Assembly (NCBI GenBank): GCA_025594325.1
Contig: JANHCV010000003.1
Span: 2,542,001-2,606,000, forward strand
DNA: 64,000 nucleotides
Source of the DNA: Blastocladiella emersonii ATCC 22665
Lineage: Eukaryota; Fungi; Blastocladiomycota
Direction of reading: 5' to 3'
Part shown: positions 11,360 to 19,369 of the stretch, piece by piece
Layout of the letters: every line of letters begins with the position of its first letter
How positions within the stretch are numbered: the stretch's first letter is position 1
Notes under the pieces: generated by a model
Told to the model about the DNA's origin: nothing
Databases searched by the model: none
Seen by the model: the letters and a program-made list of their open reading frames with translations, nothing else
Position numbers and translations under genes: made by a program

Positions 11360-12523
11360 ATGATAAACTTAAACACTATGCAAGAACACCTACCCGTCCG
11401 CCCCGCCCTATCCACGACCGCCGCATGCGTCTCGGCCGCAGCCATCGTCGCGTCGCTCGCCCTGCCGCGCGGCTGGACCGACCCGCTCGCGCTGCCCATC
11501 TCGGGCCTGCTCATCGGCGTGTTCGGCATCCCGCACGGCGCCGCCGACCACCTCGTCGACGCGTGGCACACGGCGCCCGATGGTGCGTGGCCGTGGGGCC
11601 GCCCGGCCTTTTTCGGCGGCTACATCGCGGTCCTCGTCGCCCACGTCGTCCTGTGGATCGTCTCGCCCGCCGCCGCCTTCGCCATCTTCCTCGCCACCGC
11701 CGTCTACCACTTTGGCCAGGGCGAGTTCGAGTACCTCGGCGGCCGCGACCCGATCGCGCACGTCCTCGGCGGCGACGGCGGCGGCACCGAGTCGCGCGTC
11801 ACGTCGCCCGTGCTGTACTGCTCGCGCGGCCTCGTCATCCTGTCGCTCCTCGTCTTCGCGCAGCCGTGGCACACGTTCCCCGTCATCGAGGCCATATCGG
11901 GGCTCCCGATGCCCGCGGCCGATACCCACTCGACCGCGGTCCTGTGCACCGCGGGCGTCGTGCTCGGCATCGCACAACACCTCGCTCTCCTCGCCCATCT
12001 CGCACACGCGTGCCGCGGCCGGCCCGCGACTTCGCCCTTCATCTCCGCGCAGCTCGCCAAGACGTGCGGGATCGCCGCGCTGTTCCTCACCTGCAACGCG
12101 TACCTGGCCTTCTCGCTGTATTTCGGGCTGTGGCACTCGCTCGAGTTCTTCCTCACCGTGACCTCGACGCTGCACCTGCCGCGGTCGCGCGCCATCGCCG
12201 TGGCCGTGGTCCCGCTCTCGGTCCCCGTGCTCGCCGCGATCCCCGCGCTCGCCGCCTTCGACTCGGGGTACAGCAGCGACCCCGCCGCGCTCTGGCGCGC
12301 GTTCATCCAGGTCGTCTCGGTCGTCACTACCCCGCACGTGCTGTACCTGCAGGGGTTTGTCGCTGCGCGGAGGGCCATGTACTCGGTGCCACCGCGATCG
12401 TCGCCGGCGGGTGAGGTGGTGGCCGACAAGGCGGAGCGGCCGCCGCGACCAGTCGTCGCGGACTCGATCCGCCGAAACGACTCGGGTCACGGCGCCGTGC
12501 GGCAACGCAGCGCCGCATTGTAG
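11360..12523 (+). CDS. blh: Brp/Blh-family beta-carotene 15,15'-dioxygenase (retinal-forming) homologue, intronless, polytopic membrane protein
   Basis: Family motifs GIPHGAADH, YHFGQGE, YFGLWHS and C-terminal TTPH, embedded in many TM helices. Start may be 11360 or 11378. Confidence 0.85.
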   Translation: MINLNTMQEHLPVRPALSTTAACVSAAAIVASLALPRGWTDPLALPISGLLIGVFGIPHGAADHLVDAWHTAPDGAWPWGRPAFFGGYIAVLVAHVVLWIVSPAAAFAIFLATAVYHFGQGEFEYLGGRDPIAHVLGGDGGGTESRVTSPVLYCSRGLVILSLLVFAQPWHTFPVIEAISGLPMPAADTHSTAVLCTAGVVLGIAQHLALLAHLAHACRGRPATSPFISAQLAKTCGIAALFLTCNAYLAFSLYFGLWHSLEFFLTVTSTLHLPRSRAIAVAVVPLSVPVLAAIPALAAFDSGYSSDPAALWRAFIQVVSVVTTPHVLYLQGFVAARRAMYSVPPRSSPAGEVVADKAERPPRPVVADSIRRNDSGHGAVRQRSAAL

Positions 12524-12580
12524 GAGCGACAGGGAGAAACAAGGTGATTATATTAATACTAGAGTACTTGCATACACACA

Positions 12581-14185
12581 TCAAATGGCAGCGAAAGCGG
12601 CGGCAGCTGAGGGGACAATCTCCAAGTCGGGCGACGCCGCAGCGGCCCGAATCGCTGCGAGGCCACTTTCCATTACATCCGTGTCCGAGAGGACCAACTT
12701 GATGAGAGCGTTGGGCAAGTTGGCAGCAAGTGCATGAGCCCCGGCATCCGTGATTGGGTTCGAGGACAGGTCCAAGCGCTCGACGGTCGCGGGAAGCGAC
12801 AGCGCAAGCGCGCGGATCGCGTCGTCGTCGAGGCGCGTGGACTCGAGGTTCAGGTCCTGGAGACGAGGCGGCATGTTCGCGGCCAGCGCCGCAGCACCGG
12901 CAGACCCGAGCTTCCACGTGGACAAATCGAGCTTGGTGATGGAAGGTGGGATGTGCTGCGGACCGAGGACAGCGACCGCGTCGTCCGTGGCGGCCTCAAA
13001 CCTGAGCGCGAGCTTTGCGAGTGGAACGGAAGCCAAGTTGCCCGGGGTGTGAAGCAGCCGCAGCGAGAGTGTACGACCCGTAATCTTGAGCGAAGTCAGT
13101 CGTGCGAGTGGAGTGTGCGATGGAATGGTTGCTTCCGCAGACGACACCGAGGAATTGTCGCCGAGCGAACAGGGCTTGTCAGCGATGTAGCCAATTGACA
13201 GCTTTTGAAGCAAAGGAGGGAGCGACGATACGATCAATTCGAGGCCTGCGAGGCTTAGCTGGTTGCCTTGCAGTTTGAGAACACGGAGAGAAGCGGGAAG
13301 CCCGCGGACAAGGTCGTACGTGACCTGATCGCTTAGGTTACAATCCGATAGGCGCAGAGAGTCGAGAGATGGAGGAAGAGCGCAAAACAGATTGGAGCTG
13401 ACTGCATTCAAGTCGGATTCCTCGAAGGAAAGCGTCTGTAGGCCTGACGGCCACTGCATTGTGCCGAGCGGTTTGGGAATCGACGAAGGCACGCTGCCAA
13501 GCCAGAACCCATAAAAGGTTGCATCAACCAACGAACGGGGAAGCCGGAGAGCAAGCAACCGGGGAAAGTCGATCGTGCATTCAATAGTGTCAAGGATTTT
13601 AAGCGCCTGGGAAGGGCTTTCCATAGCAACATTGAGCGCTTCGATATCTGCCATCGAAATGAGGGCACGGTTGAGAAAGAGCCTCGAGGTACCAGTTGCA
13701 ACGCCAGCTAAAAGCTTCTTGAGCTCTGCAGCCGTGGTAACATCGTCATCGCCGTCGTCTTCGTATTCGTCAACGGGAAGCCCAAGCACAACACGAGCGG
13801 CGAAGTCGACGCTAACGTTAGCGACATCCAGCACCAGCATCTCGCTGAGCTTGCGGGTGTCGAGGGAGCCGTTATCGCGCCACCACTCGAGCGGCTCGAG
13901 AAAGCGCGCATCCATGGCAGATTTGAGAGCATCCAGCGGGCACTTGAGCGGGACGCCGAGCGCCGCCCACTTGTCGAGCACGCGAATGTTGCCGCGCGCG
14001 GTTGCGCTGGCGAGGGTGAGGTGCGACGCGTGCTGCAAAAGGGCATGCTGGATGCGCGGGGCCATGCAGTGCGGCAACACTCGAGCATATTGCAAGAGAC
14101 CGTCGGCGTCGCCCGGGTCGTGCGCCGCAATCGCGAACACGAGGACCCTCTCGAGGAGTTCAGGGACGTGCATAGCCCTGAACAT
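12581..14185 (-). CDS. F-box-like/ankyrin-like N-terminus + RNI-like LRR protein, paralog 1
   Basis: N-terminal HVPELLERVLVFA (F-box-like) and ATARGNIRVLDKW...LEPLEWW (ankyrin-like). Repeated LPxxLxxLxLxxNxIxxxGAxxLAxxLP units. Intronless, lower GC. Confidence 0.8.
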   Translation of the reverse strand: MFRAMHVPELLERVLVFAIAAHDPGDADGLLQYARVLPHCMAPRIQHALLQHASHLTLASATARGNIRVLDKWAALGVPLKCPLDALKSAMDARFLEPLEWWRDNGSLDTRKLSEMLVLDVANVSVDFAARVVLGLPVDEYEDDGDDDVTTAAELKKLLAGVATGTSRLFLNRALISMADIEALNVAMESPSQALKILDTIECTIDFPRLLALRLPRSLVDATFYGFWLGSVPSSIPKPLGTMQWPSGLQTLSFEESDLNAVSSNLFCALPPSLDSLRLSDCNLSDQVTYDLVRGLPASLRVLKLQGNQLSLAGLELIVSSLPPLLQKLSIGYIADKPCSLGDNSSVSSAEATIPSHTPLARLTSLKITGRTLSLRLLHTPGNLASVPLAKLALRFEAATDDAVAVLGPQHIPPSITKLDLSTWKLGSAGAAALAANMPPRLQDLNLESTRLDDDAIRALALSLPATVERLDLSSNPITDAGAHALAANLPNALIKLVLSDTDVMESGLAAIRAAAASPDLEIVPSAAAAFAAI

Positions 14186-14206
14186 GTTGCATGAAGTTTA
14201 CGTTGC
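13878..14206. repeat. 329-bp direct repeat, copy 1 (copy 2 at 18363-18691)
   Basis: Sequence from cgccaccactcgagcggc to gaagtttacgttgc reads identically in both places (offset 4485). Confidence 0.9.
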
Positions 14207-14323
14207 GCCCAGTTTCGGGGATGCGTGGTGCTTAGGTTCAAGGGGAGAGGTTTGTTGACTTACGAACGGCAGCCGGGACTGCAGCAGCTCAAAAATGCAC
14301 TGGTTTAGGCTCACGTGCCTTGT

Positions 14324-14346
14324 CACATGTTAAATCGACGCGTCTC
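14324..14346 (-). promoter_or_regulatory. Conserved 23-bp upstream element of the LRR genes, GAGACGCGTCGATTTAWCATGTG (also at 16524-16546 and 18793-18815)
   Basis: 22/23 identical in three copies, each 123-139 bp upstream of the ATG, within otherwise diverged flanks. Contains ACGCGT (MCB-like) and CATGTG (E-box). Confidence 0.7.
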
Positions 14347-14713
14347 TCGATTCCATCGTTGCGGTCGCGAAATCGACCAACTCATCTGTCAGCTGGTATT
14401 CCGGGGTGAGCGCAACGGAGACCGACCGTCTGAACGTTCATTGAGAACGGCCTGGCGGCTCGTGCGGCAAGTCACACGTCAAGTCGAGTCGTAGGAGGCA
14501 GTTGGAGTGCGGCTCAATCCCGGGATACAGCTAACGGGAATCTCGTCAGTGTGCACTTGGAAATCCTAAAACACATGCTAGAAGAACAAAAACTCCGCTT
14601 TCCTCTTAAACATGGCTGAATACAAAAGAACTGCCCGCTGGCGATATCTGGTGACGTTTTCGTCGGTGCCGAGGTCTTCAGCATCCCCGGCTTAAACGTC
14701 AGTCAGGACGATG

Positions 14714-16396
14714 CTAGAAATGCAAGCCGAGCACTCGGAGCTCGACTCCCGGTTGAACGGCAGACTGGATCGCCGCCAGCCCTGCAGCCGTTACCTGGTT
14801 GCCTGACAAGAATAGCTTGCGAAGATCGCGGGGGAGGTGATTGGCGAGAATCCGCGCCCCAGTGTCCTCGATCGTGTTCAAGGACAAGTCCAGCGTGGTG
14901 AGAGTCGGTGGAAGCGCTGGTGCGAGAGCTGAAATGGATGTGTGGTCGAGCTTCGCCATCCTCAGGATGAAAATTTGAAGGTGAGGAGGCATGTGAGAGG
15001 CAAGCACCTCGGCGCCCGCTGTCCCAACGTCGGAACCGCTCATGTCAAGCTTCGTGAGCGAACGCATAAGGTTTGGAATCAGTTCGAGCACGCTGGTGCG
15101 GTAAAGCCGGCACCCATGCAGATCCAACGTCAGTAGGTCGCGAGGGAGCGCCTGGACAAGCGCAGCGAGTGTAACGCTTCTTGTCGGTAAGCCTGACATG
15201 AAGGAAAGGGAAAACGTTTTGAGCGAAGAAAGAGGTCGCGAGTTGAAAGCGCGAAAGAGCTGAGGAGCTAGCTTGGTCGTACTAATTTGGAGCCGTTCAA
15301 GGTTGAGTGCGCGAGTGTCAGGCAAAGTGGAAGTTTCTGGGAGTTGCAGCGATTGAGTTGTTGGACTACCGTGGTCGGAAATGCCGCGGATAGAGAACTC
15401 TCGAAGTGATTCAGGGAGCAGTGGGACAAGCGAAGTGAAGCCTGCAACAGTGAGCTTGTCTCCATACAAGACAAGTTTTCGAAGCGTGCGAGGGAGCAAG
15501 CGAACGAGTTCACGCGTGTTCTCATCGTCGAGCGAGGAGGCCAAAACAGTGAGGCTTTGCAGAGTCGCTGGAAGGTTGTGGAACAGGAGCAGGATGGTGG
15601 GTGAGGTCCACGTGAATGTAGTGAAGCTGAGCGACTCGAGTTTCTCGGGCCACACCATGCCTCCTAGCTGAATAGTGAACGGCGACGGCATACTGCCAAT
15701 CCAACGCCCTGAAAACGATGCACCGACCAACGAGGACGGAAGGCGCAGAGCGAGAACTCGAGCCAGGTCAAGCGTGCACACATCGAACTTGATTGTGCGA
15801 AGCGTCTGAGAGGAGCTCGCCATGGCCGCGTTAAGCGCGTCGACTCCGGCTATTGAAATGGGCATCCATTCTACGTTGAGATCCACCGTATTGCCAGCAG
15901 AAACTTGGGCACACAGCTCGTCAACGCCCTCGTCCACGGCGCGCGGGTGTAGTTGCTCGTTCTCGGCCTGAATATCGGCTTTGGCTTCGTTTGGCCACAC
16001 TCCAAGCGCAACCCACGCGTCTGGCAGGATGTCGCGCTCTTCCAACCACGCTTTGATCTTGGCGACGCTTGGGAGACCCGCTGAGCGCCACCATTCCAAG
16101 GTTTCGAGGTGGCAAGCTTCAGTGGCAGACTCGAGGGATTTAAGCGAACACTCGAGCGGGATGCCAAGTGCGGACCATTTGTCAAGTACCCGGACATCGC
16201 CGCGTGCCGTCGCAGCATCAAGCGAAAGGTGGGCCGCATACTGCAAGAGAGCGCGGTCGATGCGCGGGGCCATGGCACGCGGCAAGACGCGCGCATACTG
16301 CAAGAGACCGTCGGCGTCGTTCGGGTCGCCGTGCTGCACGATCGCGTGAACCAAGATGCGCTCGAGGATCTCGGGGACGTGCATAGCCCCGAGCAT
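14714..16396 (-). CDS. F-box-like/ankyrin-like + RNI-like LRR protein, paralog 2
   Basis: Start MLGAMHVPEIL at 16396 aligns with MFRAMHVPELL of paralogs 1 and 3. Same LRR units (LPPTLTTLDLSLNTIEDTGARILA). Confidence 0.8.
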   Translation of the reverse strand: MLGAMHVPEILERILVHAIVQHGDPNDADGLLQYARVLPRAMAPRIDRALLQYAAHLSLDAATARGDVRVLDKWSALGIPLECSLKSLESATEACHLETLEWWRSAGLPSVAKIKAWLEERDILPDAWVALGVWPNEAKADIQAENEQLHPRAVDEGVDELCAQVSAGNTVDLNVEWMPISIAGVDALNAAMASSSQTLRTIKFDVCTLDLARVLALRLPSSLVGASFSGRWIGSMPSPFTIQLGGMVWPEKLESLSFTTFTWTSPTILLLFHNLPATLQSLTVLASSLDDENTRELVRLLPRTLRKLVLYGDKLTVAGFTSLVPLLPESLREFSIRGISDHGSPTTQSLQLPETSTLPDTRALNLERLQISTTKLAPQLFRAFNSRPLSSLKTFSLSFMSGLPTRSVTLAALVQALPRDLLTLDLHGCRLYRTSVLELIPNLMRSLTKLDMSGSDVGTAGAEVLASHMPPHLQIFILRMAKLDHTSISALAPALPPTLTTLDLSLNTIEDTGARILANHLPRDLRKLFLSGNQVTAAGLAAIQSAVQPGVELRVLGLHF

Positions 16397-16861
16397 CAGT
16401 TTGCATAAAGTTTCCATTGCGCCCGGTGAGGGGGGTTCGTGCTGCGTCGTCGTACGCGGAAGCGAGCGTTGGCTCCAGCGGCGGCTGCGCTGAAACACCA
16501 GCGCGCCGCTGACCCCAAACCGTCACATGATAAATCGACGCGTCTCGCGCCTGTCCCCGCGCTGACGCAAGGGTTGCCGGTCGTCGCTCCCCTGTCCATT
16601 GATAATTTTCTCTTCAATACCTGCTTTGAGACACACGCACTCGGTTTGTACAGCTTCAGATTTCCTCCCGAGGCCCCAGTCGCACGGCACCTAAAGGGCA
16701 GCGTTAGCGTTACTCCCTGTAAGCGCTTGACGGCACGTTTACTAACCGCTTTGCTTACGTCTGAAACTAGATAGAACACAAGGTTTACTTCATGCTGGAG
16801 CATGTGCGCGGACGAGCAAGAAAAAAACGCTCTGAAGAACTGCGCACCAGATCATTCACAA

Positions 16862-18670
16862 TCAACCAACGAGATCGGGAGCTTCTTCATCGACCCCATC
16901 GTTGCCGTTGTCATTGTCGTCGTCCATAACTTCAACGCCATTGGCCAAGTTAAGAAAAAAGTTGACCATCGCCTCTTCCTCGTCAGTCAAGTTCACGGTC
17001 AGTTGGAGCTGCGACGTTGGCCCGGCTGCCGCCCGGATCGCAGCTTCGCCAGCGGCGGTCACTTGGTTATTCAATAAGTCAAGCTTGCGAAGCTCTCGTG
17101 GAAGACGATCGGCAAGAAGGTGTGCCCCAGCGTCCGTGATGAAGTTTACGGACAAGTCCAGAGCGGCGAGAGTCGGCGGAAGCGCTGGTGCAAGGACAGC
17201 AATCGATGAGTCGTTGAGGTTCGTCCTGTTAAGCGCCAAAGTCTGGAGCTGTGGTGGCATATTCGCGGCCAGAAGGTTGGCGCCAGCGAATTCAAGGTCC
17301 GAACCGCTCATATAGAGCTTGGTAAGCGAGTGCGGAAGGCTCGGAAGAAGCTCCAGCACACTTGGGTGAGAGAGCTTGCAACTGCAAAGATCCAACATCA
17401 GCATATTGTTAGGGAGCACGCGAGCAAGAGCAGATCCCACATTGCTTCCCACTGGTACGTTTGACACGTTGAAAAGGGATAGGTGTTTGAGCGAGGAAAG
17501 CGGCCGTGAGTGAAATGCGTGGAAAAGCAGAGGAAGGATGTTGGCCGCGCTGATGGAGAGCGATGTGAGAGCTAGCGATTGAGGGCCTGAATCGTCGCGG
17601 ATTGGTGTTGCCAAGACGGGAGCACGCGCGAGTTCTGATGAGTTGGCGGACGAACTGTGGCTATCGGAGATGATACCAACGGAAAACTCTTGAAGCGACG
17701 CTGGGAGCATGAGAACAAGAGCCGTGAAGCCGGAAGAAGTGAGAATGGTTCCGCCCAGGCAAAGCTTCTGCAATGAAGTGGGCAGCAAGCCAACCAGTTC
17801 ACACGAGGCAGCATCGTCAAGCGAGCAGTGCGTGATTGTGAGGGACCTTAGCGACGTGGGAAGATCGTGGAAAAGGAGGGGAACCGTCATTGTGGACAGC
17901 TTAGCCAAGGAAAATCTGAGCGACTCGAGACGCGGAGGCCAGAGCATGGGCGACAGTTCACCAGTTGAAGATGACGCACTACCAATCCAGTATCCAGAAA
18001 AAAACACATTGCGCAACGCTGAGGGAAGTCGCAGAGCGAGCACTCGGGGTAGGTCGAGCGTGCAAGTCTCGAAAGTGGCTGTTTGGAGCGCCTGCGAAGG
18101 GCTCGCCATGGCAGCATTTAACGCATCGACGCCGGCCCTCGAAATGGGCACGAGATTGAGGTTGAGATCCTCGATATAACCAGTCGCAACATGAGCGCAA
18201 AGCTTCTTGACGCCCTCGTCCACAGCAAGCGGGGGAAGCAGGTTATCTTCGTCGGCACCCTCGTCGTCCGGCCAAACTCCAAGCACGGCACAGACATCGT
18301 TATTGGTCTCGAACTGATTTAACCACGATCTGACCTCGTTGGCATCGGGGAGGCCCGTTGCCCGCCACCACTCGAGCGGCTCGAGAAAGCGCGCATCCAT
18401 GGCAGATTTGAGAGCATCCAGCGGGCACTTGAGCGGGACGCCGAGCGCCGCCCACTTGTCGAGCACGCGAATGTTGCCGCGCGCGGTTGCGCTGGCGAGG
18501 GTGAGGTGCGACGCGTGCTGCAAAAGGGCATGCTGGATGCGCGGGGCCATGCAGTGCGGCAACACTCGAGCATATTGCAAGAGACCGTCGGCGTCGCCCG
18601 GGTCGTGCGCCGCAATCGCGAACACGAGGACCCTCTCGAGGAGTTCAGGGACGTGCATAGCCCTGAACAT
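16862..18670 (-). CDS. F-box-like/ankyrin-like + RNI-like LRR protein, paralog 3 (mosaic)
   Basis: First ~100 aa are identical to paralog 1. The remainder aligns closely with paralog 2 (e.g. GVDALNAAMAS.SQ.L....F..CTLDL.RVLALRLPS). Confidence 0.8.
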   Translation of the reverse strand: MFRAMHVPELLERVLVFAIAAHDPGDADGLLQYARVLPHCMAPRIQHALLQHASHLTLASATARGNIRVLDKWAALGVPLKCPLDALKSAMDARFLEPLEWWRATGLPDANEVRSWLNQFETNNDVCAVLGVWPDDEGADEDNLLPPLAVDEGVKKLCAHVATGYIEDLNLNLVPISRAGVDALNAAMASPSQALQTATFETCTLDLPRVLALRLPSALRNVFFSGYWIGSASSSTGELSPMLWPPRLESLRFSLAKLSTMTVPLLFHDLPTSLRSLTITHCSLDDAASCELVGLLPTSLQKLCLGGTILTSSGFTALVLMLPASLQEFSVGIISDSHSSSANSSELARAPVLATPIRDDSGPQSLALTSLSISAANILPLLFHAFHSRPLSSLKHLSLFNVSNVPVGSNVGSALARVLPNNMLMLDLCSCKLSHPSVLELLPSLPHSLTKLYMSGSDLEFAGANLLAANMPPQLQTLALNRTNLNDSSIAVLAPALPPTLAALDLSVNFITDAGAHLLADRLPRELRKLDLLNNQVTAAGEAAIRAAAGPTSQLQLTVNLTDEEEAMVNFFLNLANGVEVMDDDNDNGNDGVDEEAPDLVG

Positions 18671-18691
18671 GTTGCATGAAGTTTACGTTGC
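18363..18691. repeat. 329-bp direct repeat, copy 2
   Basis: Matches 13878-14206; covers the first ~100 codons plus 21 nt of 5' flank of LRR paralog 3. Confidence 0.9.
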
Positions 18692-19369
18692 TCCTGTCGA
18701 AGGGGGTTTGTGGCACGTCGTCGGCCTTGAGAGAGAGCGCTCGCCTGGAGGCCTGCCGCCGTCGCGCCACCTGCCACCTTTCGGCCGTGCGCCACATGAT
18801 AAATCGACGCGTCTCTCGCTTGTCTCAACCCGGACGCGACCCTCCAGGTCGAGACGGAGAGTGCTCGCACGAGGAGAGCAGATCGACTCAAGTCTCGGGA
18901 ATCTCCTCGACCGTGGCCCGCAGGAACAGGATCCGCTGGTCGGCCCCGCTGTCCCTCGGGATCGGTTCGGACAGACGTCGGAGAGTTGAGGACTTGACTG
19001 GTGAGTACCGTCAAGTCGAGGAGCCGGGGACCCGTCGCCATGCTGGCCAACGCGACGACACCCGTCGAGGCACCGCTGGTGGGACAGACGCTTCTGTCCG
19101 GAACGTGGTCGCGCGACGGTAGTCGCCGCAAGGGCTCGCTTTACATGCCAGTATGCTTGCGGGCGCGGGCTGCGTGTACATGGCCACGAACGCGCTGGCC
19201 ACGACGCAACACGCCCGTGCGCGCATCCGTCACGTCGCCATTGCTCAACGTACATGACCTTCCCACCGTCACCCTCCGATCCCTCGCTTAGCCCACGGTC
19301 AGTTATCTTGCCAAAAGGTTTATGATATCTCCGCTCCTCTCCCTCGTCACCGCGTCGCGCCGCGCTGGG

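Noticed and set aside
12530-18820. LRR island as a transposon, prophage or contaminant
   Set aside because: No transposase, integrase, terminal repeats or target-site duplication seen. The genes have host-like GC in the N-terminal module and a promoter word shared with host genes.
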